Shown here one piece after another: positions 26,755-39,214 of a stretch of 64,000 nt of DNA. The stretch spans positions 155,434,001-155,498,000 of the forward strand of contig NC_042999.1 of the NCBI RefSeq assembly GCF_006345805.1, written 5' to 3'. A program made the position numbers and the translations under genes. Within the stretch, counting starts at the first letter, position 1. Each line of letters starts with the position of its first letter. This stretch comes from Octopus sinensis. Lineage: Eukaryota. The notes below the pieces were generated by a model, which saw only the letters and a program-made list of their open reading frames with translations, was not told where the DNA came from and did no database searches.

Positions 26755-27237
26755 TCTGTGTTTGAACTCTTTATTTTCCTTATATTATATATTATTTTGC
26801 TGAGGCATGGTGATTACCAATAACCTGATGTTAGAACTCATATACATATGCTTCAGAACAAAGTGTCTAAAGCTCCAGTGAAGCTATAGAGTGATACTCA
26901 AGCACTCAACTATGAGTGCATTGCATTTTGTAGCAGAAACAGCTGTAAGCCAATGAAGTTCATGACATAATTCCTTCTTTCCTTGTCATTTATTTAATTT
27001 CTTATATATATGTGTGTGTATAATTTTGAACTAATCTGTTGTGTGTTTAATGCTATTCATTTTTGGATGTACATCTACTGTTTTCAACAATACCAATAAA
27101 CCTGTAAATGTATAGTCACTATATTTCCAACTAGCATGTTCTGAATTTATAACACTTCTTTAGGTTTTTAATTTATAAAATTTAATCAAAATATTGTTAT
27201 TCTAATTAATGTTATTTTTTTTTCATTTTCTCCTTAG

Positions 27238-29246
27238 GAATCAATGGAAGACCAAGTCTTGAGAACAATGCAAATTTTGACAAATCTTTCCAGAAATTTT
27301 TAAAGCAATTCCAATATCGAGGTGCATCTGTTGCTTTGATGCGCCAAGGGAAACTCTTATACTCCCATGGTTATGGCAGTACACAGAATAATGTTAAAAT
27401 GACACCAGAAGTCTTGTTTCCAGCTTCAAATATTTCTAAATTACTCACTGCTGTATCCGTTCTTAAACTTGTTGAAAATGGTAAAGTGAACCTTACTGCT
27501 AAAGTCTTTGGTAAGTTTGGAATTTTGAATCACTTACGACCTTGGAGCATTTTTCGAACTGACAACAGGCTGTATGACATTATAGTCGATGACCTTCTTC
27601 GGCATGCTGGTGGCTGGGATTCAGCTATGCCACCAATGTTTGATCCAGTTCTGAATTCTATTTACTTAAAAAATGGTTATCGCATTCCAAACATCACTTC
27701 CATCATGCAGTTAAAGAACACTGCTGAAATGAAGGATATTTTCAGATACATGATGTCGATTCCACTGAATTTTAAACCAGGAACGAAATCAGTTCATTCT
27801 CATCTTGGTTATGTTATTCTGGACCAAATTATTGAGAAAGTTCAAAATTACGATTATCCAACATTTGTAAGGAAAAATATTTTAGAGCCTTGTGGAATGT
27901 GGCATACAAGATTCGGAAAACATATGAAAGAAAACAGGATAAAGAATATGGTTAAACGTAGCTTGGTCGGAAACTTTAATACAACTTATTCTCTACACCT
28001 AGAGAGGGAGGTGGTCTCTCTCACTGATGGCTGGTATACCAATGTTTATGATATTATGCGCTTTTTTCGATGCTTGGATCATACTGGTACACATCGATTA
28101 CTTAAAAAATCTTCCATCAAAAGTCTCTTGGCAAAACCAAGAAAAATGAAAGCTTCAGGCTCATGGGTTGGTGCTAACCTAAATGTGAACAAACATGGTC
28201 GAGTTTGTCTGGAAGGAGATGGCATAATTGATGGTATGCTGTTGTGCCACCGGAACTTCTTACAAACGGTTCAGAATCCAGGTAATTCCTCATATATGTC
28301 TTCAGAGACATTTGTTATGCTATTAGTTGGTGGTCACAATAAACCATTACCAGTTCAAAACTTCATGAATTATTTCAAAGATTGGTCGCAAAATGGTGCT
28401 AATTACTTCTCTTATGATTTGGCCGATATTCGGGTAGGGCATGTAGGAGTTAACGAACAAATTATTAAATACAAGTTGTCTGAACACCATATTTCAGCAT
28501 ATGTCAATGCTATTAAAGACCAACACTTCAAAATTGAATGGATAAATGCTTTTGAGTATAATAGAGAATCTTATTTTTCTGTTATCTCTAAAATAAACCC
28601 AGATGAAAGTCTTAGTTCTTTCTATCTGGAGCATGGGCTTGACGAGAAGGGTTTGCTCCACTTCAAACATCTTTATTCCAAGGAAAATGTATATCTGTCT
28701 TTATTACAGAGCTATATCAGTTTCGCACACACAGACAAAAACAGATATATGGCACTATTTGATACGGTGAAAGAGGAACCTGTTGATATTCGATTTGGAA
28801 TTCGACAATATTCCCAATGTTACAAATTGTTTGCTCAAGTTTATAATGAGAAGGGTTATGTCCCAAGAGTCCAAAGTTTTGTCCACATTGATCAAGAACC
28901 ACAAGTGTGTTTCATTTTGGAAAAGAAACCTGTAAAAGAGTACAAAGAATACATAGATATTTCCCTGAAGGAACTGACTGAGAGCGTTGTCTCAAATGCT
29001 AAGGCACACCGTGTTATGACATACTTGGACACTTCCAGCAAGTATAAAAGACCAAGATTTTCAGTCATTTTCAGGAAAGACCCTTCCAGACAAGGCACAT
29101 TCAAAAACAATGTCGAGATATCACAGCTTGAAGATATCATTGCCGATGGGTACTTGAAGGACAGTTTTTTCCCAAAACTAATTGCTGGATATTCAGATAA
29201 GAAAGGCACATTATATTTTGCCATTTATATGGAAAGAATCTTATAA
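27238..29246 (+). CDS. Terminal coding exon of a beta-lactamase-family (serine hydrolase/PBP fold) protein with five C-terminal BTRD1-like repeats; catalytic motifs degenerate; N-terminus on unidentified upstream exon(s)
   Basis: The 636-aa ORF (27336-29246) stays open upstream to a splice acceptor (ttttttttcattttctccttag|GA, AG at 27236-27237, phase 1), adding INGRPSLENNANFDKSFQKFLKQFQYRGASVAL. Family motifs: GASVALMRQGKLLYSHGYG, FPASNISK, LLRHAGGWD, PLNFKPGT, HSHLGY, ILEPCGM. Repeat-like C-terminus from 28455. Stop TAA at 29244-29246. No repeats interrupt it. Confidence 0.9.
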
Positions 29247-29779
29247 ATTCCTCCTTTGTTTGTCTTTTATATTTAATATACACACCATACAGATTGATCA
29301 TACATCACCAAATATATGCTATAACAAAATTTTATGTAAATGACATCTCAAAGACAAAGAAAAATTGTTCCTATCCAACTGGAATTTATTCTGTATTATT
29401 TAAAAAAAAAATCAAAATACTTTTCTCACAAGTACCAGTTAAAACGATTTTGCAAATACTTGTCTTTTAATGAATGCTTCTACAAAATTGATGACAGAAT
29501 GTAAGAATTTATGATTTTTGTACATACCAATTTCTTACAAAAGCAGCAAAGCTTCCACATGTAGATGGAGGTGAAATGAGATTTTACTGTATTCATGCCT
29601 TTCTCAAGAGAAGGTGAAAGGGCTTGAAGTCATGGGAGTTAGGTTTCCAAGAATTTTGGTTTATTCTATAAATAGAATCCTTTATTTGAGTAATTAGTGT
29701 AAATATATGAATAGAATAATTCTTGTGTATATTCATTGTAATAATTAAGATTATTATAATGGTAATAACCATAATAATC

Positions 29780-29940
29780 ACATTGTTGATCTGCATCTTT
29801 GGATTCTTGTAGAATACATGGTAACACTTTTCTGCGGGTCAACAAAGTGTCTCCGTTTTGAATAACCTTCAGACTTTTAGGTAGAATTTTGGGTGTTGTG
29901 CTAAATGCACCAATTACCACAGGGACAATTGTCACCTTTT
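29780..29940 (-). mobile_element. REL LINE 3' fragment
   Basis: TIVPVVIGAFSTTPKILPKSLK. Confidence 0.6.
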
Positions 29941-30049
29941 TGTTCTACAATCTATTATTATTATCATTATTATTATTATTTTGGTTTGGCTCAGGTTCGG
30001 TCTTATTCCTGGTAGAATTTATGTGGGTAGTGGGTTACTACCTGTAACC

Positions 30050-30600
30050 TTAGGTATCACAAGTTTTCAGCAGTCTTTCAAATGTTTCGAAACCTCCTGA
30101 TAATCCTTACTGTCTTGAAGAGACAAACTTTCTGTAGGAGCTCTACAGGGTATTGTAGCCCAATCTCCTCCAGCCATTTGTCTATATCTTTGCTTACTGT
30201 TCCCAAGGCACCAATTATTATAGGTACGACCTTGACAGTTCCCATGTTCCAAATTCCTCCTATTTCCAATTTTAAGGAATTGTATTTAAAAAAATTTTTC
30301 TTCCTCATTCTTTACAATCCTGGAATCAAACAGGCATGATGGGTCAATAAGTAAGTAACTTTGCTTTTCCTTATCTATAATTGTTATTTCTGGTCTATTA
30401 TTTTCTAACTTCTTGTCTGTTTGAATAGGAAAATCCCACAAAATCTTACATTTCTCTGACTCCAGTACTCTTTCGACTCGGTGATTGTACCATGTGTTTC
30501 CAGTTTCAAATCTCCATTTCTGACACAGTTTCCAGTGTAAATCTTTTACAACCTGGTCATTCATCAATTTTTTATATTCTTCCTGCACCAACTTATTATT
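30050..30600 (-). mobile_element. R4/Dong-like REL LINE 3' fragment with (TAA)n tail
   Basis: LHWKLCQK...WYNHRVERVLESEKCKILWDFPIQTDKKLENNRPEI and VKVVPIIIGALGTVSKDI...LLQKVCL; frameshifted. A sister fragment lies at ~44290-44520 (+). Confidence 0.85.
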
Positions 30601-31045
30601 ATCATTATTATTAAAGCAGCCAACTGCTAGAATTGTTTGGACACTGGCTAAAATGCTTGTCTGCATTTCGTCAGTCTTCACGTTCTGAGTTCAAATTCTG
30701 CTGAGGTTGACTTTGCCGTTCATCCTTTCGGGGTCAATAAAATAAGTACCAGTTGAGCACTGGGGTCGATATAAATGACTTACCCTCTCCACCAAACTTT
30801 CTGGCACTGTGCCAAAATTTGAAATCATTATTATTATTATTCTATGTTTGACTTTTTCTTTACATTTGCACAAGCTGGCTCCAAGTCTCACCCAGAGACC
30901 TCAAGAGACAATTTGGAAGTTTATGTTGGTATTATGCCTAGGGTGCCATATATTTGGTCTTGTACTTAGTGTTGTATGTCTAAAAAACCATACGAAAATT
31001 ATGTTTGTTTTAAAACTTGAGATTACGTAGAAAGTATTTTGCGTA

Positions 31046-31105
<60 letters not shown>

Positions 31106-31559
31106 CATTATTATTATTATTATTATTATTACTATTATTATTATTATTATCAAGGTGACGAACTATGCCAGGCAATATGCTTTGTGACATTTCAATCATC
31201 TTTACATTCTGAGTTCAAATTCCGCTGAAGTCAACTTTGCCTTTCATTCTTTCGAGGTCGATAAATTTCGTACCAGTGAAACACTGGGGTCGAGTTAATC
31301 GACTAGTCCCCTCCCCAAAAATTTCAGGCCTTGTGCCTACAGCAGAAAGGATTATGCTTCAGCTTGACTCGAAATTACAAGTTTCAACCAGAGATGTCAA
31401 GGAACAACAAGGTTTTGCATCAAAAGATGCAGCAGATGATGTGTCATGAAATTAAAACTGATGCTTGTGTTATTTTATTGACGTTTTTCTTTTTTCCTTA
31501 TACAGTATGGATGTTGTTTTTACTTCTTCATGCTAAATCTCAAGCCTTAACAGGCCTTG

Positions 31560-31990
31560 ACAAGCCTTAGACAGCAAGTAGCTTTCTAAAAATATGAGTT
31601 GTTCCAAAAAGTGAAGATACTCAGAGCACTTACATGCCTGTCTTGATCTCCAACCATTCCAGGTGGTCTGATCATTTTTGTTTTAATTAAAACTAATGAT
31701 TCAATGCTAAACTATACAGTTTGGACTTTTGCTGCTGGGCATCTCCGTATTCTTGATATTTCTATTCCTAATTCAGCATATTTCAAGGTCTTTTCTAATT
31801 CTTTTTCTAAAGGAAATGTAAAATTTATTATTATTATTTCTGTCATGCATATTGATATATCAACTGCAATGTTCTATTCTTCAGTCTGTCTGGATCTTAA
31901 AACTCCTTACAATTTCTGCTTTACCAAATTTGTTTAGAATCTTTTCTGGTACCTGATTGTACCATTCCTCTGAAGTGTTGGAAGTCTTTT
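31560..31990 (-). mobile_element. Old REL LINE 3' fragment
   Basis: Manual translation gives EWYNQVPEKIL...FKIQTD...LKYAELGIEISRI...LFGTTHIFRKLL with stops. Confidence 0.55.
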
Positions 31991-32218
31991 ATCTTTGACT
32001 TGTTTTAGTCATTAGACTGCGACCATGTTGGGGTTCTACTGTGAAGAATTTTTAATTCAAAGAATGAACCCCCAATAATTAATTTTTTTTTTTTTTGTTT
32101 TTTTTAAAAGCCTGATACTTATCCTATCAGTCTGTTTTGCCAAAGTGTTTAATTACCAGGATGTAAACACGCCAACACCGGTTGTCAACCAGTGATGCAG
32201 GACAAACACAGACAGAAA

Positions 32219-32273
<55 letters not shown>

Positions 32274-32409
32274 ACATTCGTTATAGATATTTAGCAGAAG
32301 CAACAGACTAACTTAAGGGCCGAGAGTTTTGTGTATCAGCACTTACCAAACCTGTTCTCCATCATCAAACCTGTTCTTGGATCCTATTTTGCATCACCAA
32401 ATAAATAAA

Positions 32410-32444
32410 TAAATATATATATATATATACATACATACATACAT

Positions 32445-32529
<85 letters not shown>

Positions 32530-32606
32530 GTATATATATATGTATATATATATATAATATAATATATAATATAATATATATAATATATACATATAATATA
32601 CATATA

Positions 32607-32640
<34 letters not shown>

Positions 32641-32790
32641 GTATATATATATGTATATATATATGTATATATATATGTATATAATATATATATATATATC
32701 TATATATATATATACATATAATATATACATATATATATACATATATATATACATATAATATATACATATAATATATACATATAATATATA

Positions 32791-32856
<66 letters not shown>

Positions 32857-32877
32857 TATATATATACATATAATATA

Positions 32878-32935
<58 letters not shown>

Positions 32936-32985
32936 TATAATATATATATATATGTGTGTGTGTATATATATGTATATGTATATAA
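32410..32985. repeat. ~570-bp interrupted (TA)n microsatellite
   Basis: Seen directly; similar tracts at 49550-49980, 58020-58220 and 60335-60590. Confidence 0.95.
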
Positions 32986-33033
32986 ATTAATATAAACAAC
33001 AATTTGCAATGTTTCACCAAAAAGGAGAATTAC

Positions 33034-33612
33034 AAATGTCACTAAATGTGACTAAGGTGTTAGGAAACACCTACATTGCTAGAAATAAGAGCTAAATCAC
33101 TCTAATGCTATATATTTCTTTATTGCCCACAAGGGGCTAAACACAGAGGAGACAAACACGGACAGACAAAGGGATTAAGTCGATCAGATCGACCCCAATG
33201 TGTAACTGGTACTTTATTTATCAACCCCGAAAGGATGAAAGGCAAAGTCGACCTTGGCGGAATTTGAACTCAGAATGTAATGGCAGATGAAATACCGCTA
33301 AGCATTTCGCTCAGCGTGCTAACGTTTCTGCCAGCTTGCCGCCTTGTTATAGTCGATGCACATGAATGAAAACATATACACTAACAGGTTCCATAATCGC
33401 CTGAAAAGTGCTGAGCCGTCTTAACTGATGAGGCAATGGAAATTGCTGAAACTGATGCGGCGATATTAAGAATTCATGATCAGCACTTTTCAGATGATTA
33501 TCGTCCCTGTTAATGTATATGATTTCATTCATGTGCATCAACTACAGAATTAGAGTGATTTAGCTTTTATTTCTAGCGTTTCCTAACACCCTAGTTACAT
33601 TTAGTGACATTT
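33034..33612. repeat. Fold-back element with S2 SINE inserted in its left arm and a hammerhead-like motif at the apex
   Basis: aaatgtcactaaatgtgact/agttacatttagtgacattt; ctgaaaagtgctga/tcagcacttttcag; SINE at 33113-33345. Confidence 0.85.
33419..33471 (+). ncRNA. Decayed type I hammerhead ribozyme-like motif
   Basis: Stem I TCTTAA/TTAAGA, CTGATGA, stem II GGCAAT-GGAA-ATTGCT, GAAA, weak stem III, U-A at the cleavage position. Confidence 0.6.
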
Positions 33613-34289
33613 ATATATATATTTCAATAAGATAAAAAAATATATATATATATATACACCTATATAAACACACATGCACACACATATGAAATGAGCTTTT
33701 TTCAGTTACCAGATCCAATCACAAGGCTTTGGCTGGCCTGAGGCTACAGTAGAAGACATTGCTTTAAGTACCACGACCTGGGACTGAACCAGTGTAAATT
33801 GAGACAAACATTATCTTGTTATCCTGATGTTGCTTGTAGTCTTCCTGAGCCGAAATTTTGCAACCTGCTTACATTACGCTCCATGCTTTCTGCTTTCTGA
33901 TTACATAGGTGACTCTTGTACAATGAAATGATGGAATTGATATTGTTATTATTATTATTATCATCATACTGTGCCATTTCTAATTGTAAACCTTTTGTGG
34001 TTAATAAAGAAATCGTCATTATTATTACTATTATTATTGTTATTATTATCGGTTATCATATTGTTAGTAATTTATGCAGGTAGCTGTTTTGTCCATAAAC
34101 TTTCATGAAAAACAAATATTGAACAATACCATAATGTATTTGATGATTTTGTAACACAATATGAAAACAATAACAATATATAAATGTTTGTGTGAGTATT
34201 ATTATTATCGTTATCGTTATTATTATTATTATTATTATTATTATTCCATCATAACATAGTGTAGGTAAAAATGCACCAGTGCTTTTAGT

Positions 34290-34620
34290 CATCTGTCAAG
34301 TCACAACAAGGACCTCAGACAGATAATACTTTCCCTAAGATGTGCGCTGTTACCAATAAGGCTACTTTTTGCGAGACATTCATCTTGCATGGGATTTTCA
34401 GTTGCCTTAAGAAGTCTTGAAGTTTCAATGAGATTGGGCTCAGCACTTCGATCACCACTAGTATCACTTTTACATTACCCTCTCACATTCCATACAGTCT
34501 TGCCATTTCCACTTTCAATCAGGAGTGATGCTGGGGTACAAATATACAAAGTCCAATATACCCATCATGACTACCCGTCTGATAAAGTTACACCAGCCAC
34601 ATGCATCACAACCATAACTG
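34290..34620 (-). mobile_element. REL LINE 3' fragment with (TAA)n tail
   Basis: Degenerate LKIPCKMNVSQKVALLVTAHILGKVLSV end; a related fragment lies at 35680-35850 (-). Confidence 0.65.
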
Positions 34621-35568
34621 CATGACATGGTGACTTCATATCAAGATAAACAGCACATGACCTTGCAGGTGGGGCCCAGGTAGAATTTTCTTTAGGTTGA
34701 GTAGCCCATTCCGCTCGAAAGGTCCCTGAATAAGGTTTGTTTAAAGACGATCAACAAAACATCCATGTTTCCAGAAGTCATATTATCATCATCATCATCA
34801 TTTAACATCCATTGTCCATACTGACATGGGTTGGATGGTTTGGCTTGGCTGGCACGCTGGAAGGTTGCATCGGGATCCAGTTGATTTGGCATGGTTTTCT
34901 ATGGTTGGATGCCCTTCCTAATGCCAACCACTCCGAGAGTGTAATAGGTGCTTTTATGTGCCACCAGTACAGGTGCCATTTGTGTGACACCAGGGTGCGT
35001 TTACAGAAAAACTAGAACTCAAATTACAAGTATATGTATATTTTCACCAACACCCAGCAGAAGCAATAGAATGACTCATGTGTTGGCACCTAAGTGCCAA
35101 TGCATGAAACTCTCAGACCTTGAGTAACTCTGCTGCTTCTTCTAAATATAAATGAATATATGTGTGTGTGTGTGTATAGCGCCGCCCGACTGGCCTCCGT
35201 GCCGGTGGAACGTAAAAAGCACCATCCGACCGTGGCCGTTTGCCAGCCTCGTTGGCACCTGTGCCGGTGGCACGTAAAAAGCACCCACCACACTCACAGA
35301 GTGGTTGGCGTTAGGAAGGGCATCCAGCTGTAGAGACACTGCCAGATCAGACTGGGCCTGGTGCAGCCTTCTGGCTTCCCAGACCCCAGTTGAACCGTCC
35401 AACCCATGCCAGCATGGAAAGTGGATATTAAATGATGATGATAATGATGATGATGATGATATATATATATACAAATTAATAAAATTGTTATCATCATCAT
35501 CATCATCATTATTATTATTATTATTATTATTATCATCATCATCATCATCATTATCATTATTATTATTG

Positions 35569-35618
<50 letters not shown>

Positions 35619-37050
35619 ATCGCACAGTATACAATATTGTGAGGTTGTTGATTGAAGATATTGTGTCTACCGGGGTTTTATACTTTCTGTCAAGTTACAA
35701 CAAGGACCTCAGACTTACAGTACTTTACACAATATGCTTGCAGTTCCAAGTAATGCCGACTTTTGCAATACATCTAGATTGTAGGGTATTTCTAAGGTTT
35801 TCAGATGTTTTTTTCAGATTGGCTGTTACTGAACCCAATGCTCTGATGACATCATCATCATCATCATCATCGTTTAGCGTCCGTTTTCCATGCTAGCATG
35901 GGTTGGACAATTATTATTATTATTATTGTTATTATTACAATTTATTCTAAAGTTTTTATATCAATATTTTTTGTATTTTTAGGAATTCTGTGAAATATTT
36001 CTTCTTATTTTTTTAATTTTAATGACAGAATAAACACACTTTCAACACAGAAGCAAAACCTCCATTAACAGAGTTGGTATTTCTTTGATAGCTAATATCA
36101 AACATTAGTGCAACAATCTCAAATAAAACATCATAAATAAATCTTGCTTTTGATCTTCTTTACGGGTTTTATACAGAATGGTCTTCTATGAAATCTACTT
36201 AATTTTCTTAATTAAACCTAATCAATTAGTAAGGTTTCTTTCATCATCATCATCATCGTTGTCATCTGTTTCCATGCATGCGTGCATCATACAGAATTTA
36301 TTGAGACAGATTTTCTGCAGCCAGATACCTTTCCTGTCATACTCACCTGTTTCCAGGTAAGGCAATATTTCCTTATGGCCAGACATGTTTTCACAGAAGA
36401 CTGGAAATGAACTACGTTGTTTATATAATATGATATCAATATAAAGGTATACACAAAACACACATACCACACATATATATACATAAATGTGTGTGTATGT
36501 GTATGTATATATGGATATATGTGTATGTAGGTTTATACACACGCACACGCACATATATAAAAGAATATATATATCATTATCATCATCATCATCATCATTT
36601 AACATCCGTTTTCTATGCTGACATGAGTTGGACAGTTTGACTGAAGTCAGGAGAGCCAGCAGCTGCACCAGATTCTAATCTGATCTGGCAATGTTTCTAC
36701 AGCTGGATGCCCTTCCTAACACCAACCATTCTGAGAGTGTAGTGGGTGCTTTTTACGTGCCACCGGCACTGGAACCAGTCAGGTATCCCTGTATTGATCA
36801 CGTTCAGACAGTGCTTTTTACGTGCCACCAGCACAAGAGCCGGTCAGGTGGCCCTGGCATCGATTACATTCAGTTAGTGCTTTTTTATGTGCCACCAGCA
36901 TGGGAGCCAGTCAAGGGGTACTGGCATTGACCATGTTTGGATGGTGCTTTTTATGTACCACTGGCAAAGGAGCCAGTCAGTGGGTACTGGCATCAGCCAT
37001 GTTCAGATGGCGCTTTTTATGTGCCACCGGTAAGGAAGCCAGTCAGGTGG

Positions 37051-37089
<39 letters not shown>

Positions 37090-39214
37090 TTATCAACATC
37101 TTCATCATCCTTTAACATCTGTTTTCCATGCTGGTATGGGTTGGATGGTTTGACCAATGCTGGCAAGCTGGGAAACTGCACCAGGTTCCAGTCTGATTTA
37201 GTTTGGTTTCTATGGCTGGATGCTCTTCCTAATTCCAACTACTTTACAGTGTGTGCCGAGTGTATTTAACATGCCACCAGCCTGAGCACTTTTATGTGGC
37301 ACCAGTACAGGACTTTTACAGACCAATCCTCTTCATTGGGAGATGTGGTCTTAACACTTTTACTGTGGAGGATGGGTCTTCTTGAGTACGGCAAGGTGCC
37401 AGGTATCTCGGTCCTTTGTCGTCTCATCTGAAAGGTTATATATGTAACAAGCTTCTTTCAGTTTTTGTATACCAAATTTAATCCCAAGGCTTTGGTAGGC
37501 CCAACCTTATTGAAGAAGATACTTGTCCAAGGTGCCACACATAGGGACTGAACTCAAAATATGTGGTTGAGAAGTAAAAATTTTAACCATACTTCCACGT
37601 CTGTTTAGGTAGCCATTCTTAACCAATAAAATTCTTCAGTGTGTGGTTTGAAATGCAATGTGTTGCCTAACATTTTGGAAATGTTATAAGAAAAGCAGCC
37701 AAAATTTGGCTCCAATGTCTTGTTTCGTCTTGGAATTTTCATTAATTACTTATTAATTTAGAAGCAGGTATAGTAGTATGGTTAAATCATTTGTTTTTGG
37801 TAAGTGTCTTTTATTATATCCCCAGGCCAAACAATGCTTTGTGAGTGAAATTCTTGGATGGAAACTGTGAAAATACCATTGTACATACACACACACACTT
37901 GCACACATACACACATGACATTGCATGATAGTTATAGATGTTTGTCATTGTCATACAAACGGTGTTAGACATTTCCAATGTTGTGCTGTCTTTAACATGT
38001 CTGACTATGGTAAAATATTACATATTACAGATGAGAGCTGGTAACAAGGAGGGCATACAGCTGTAGAAAATCTGCTTCAACAAACTCCATCTGATTCATG
38101 CTTGCACGAAAAATGATGGTGATATGTGTGTGTATTTATATATTATCATCATCATCATCATCATTTAATGTCCATTTTCCATGTTCGCATGGGTTAGACA
38201 ATTTGACTGGAACTGGTAAGTGAAGGAGCTGCACCAGATTCCAGTCTGATTTGGCATGGCTTCTATGGCTGGATGCCTTTCCTTATGCCAACCACTCCAA
38301 GAGTGTAATAGGTGCTGTTTACATGACACTGGCAAATATACCACAACAGACAATAGGAGTCTGGCCAGCTCCTGTCAAACCATCTAAGGTCCAACTGCTG
38401 ACATCTACCATGCCATATTACTGTAAAAATATACAAAAAAATATACAATAGGTGCAGGAGTGGCTATGTGGTAAGTAGCTATAGGTGCAGGAGTAGCTGT
38501 GTGGTAAGTAGCTTGCTTACTAACTACATGGTTCCAGGTTCAGTCCCACTGCATGGCACCTTGGGCAAGTGTCTTCTACTATAGCCTCGGGCTGACCAAA
38601 GCCTTGTGAGTAGATTTGGTAAACGGAAACTGAAAGAAGCCCATTATGTATATGTATATATATGTATGTGTGTGTATATGTTTGTGTGTCTGTGTTTGTA
38701 CCCCCTAACATCACTTGATAACCGATGCTGGTGTGTTTATGTCCCCCATAACTTTGCAGTTCAGCAAAAGAGACTGATAGATTAAATACTAGGCTTACAA
38801 AGAATAAGTCCTGGGGTCAGTTTGCTCAACTAAAGGCGGTGCTCTGGCATGGCCACAGTCAAATGACTGAAACAAGTAAAAGAGTAAAAGAGTAAAAGAA
38901 CCACCTCACCAAAATCTCCAGGCTACAACATAATGCATGACTAACTCAGAATAGTATAAACAAATAAGCATTACATCAGAATTCTAAAGGGTTAAATATT
39001 ATTAGGAATTGTATAAAAACATATCTTGTATATTGCAGAAGGATGACCAATTTATTGCACAAAACCTTATGTACTTTCTTTTTTAAAGCCTGGTATTTAT
39101 TCTCTCAGTCTCTTTTGTTGGACTGCTAAGTTATGGGAGACATAAATACACCAACATTGGTGAAGGACAAGCCGTGGTGAGGGACAAACACAGACACACA
39201 CACACGATGGGCTT

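Noticed and set aside
28717-29224. Antisense ORFs overlapping the main CDS
   Set aside because: Short shadow ORFs with no independent signals.
27238-29246. Bacterial contamination, or a functional antibiotic-resistance gene
   Set aside because: It has a strong splice acceptor, host-like AT-rich composition and contiguous host repeats on both sides, and its catalytic motifs are substituted.
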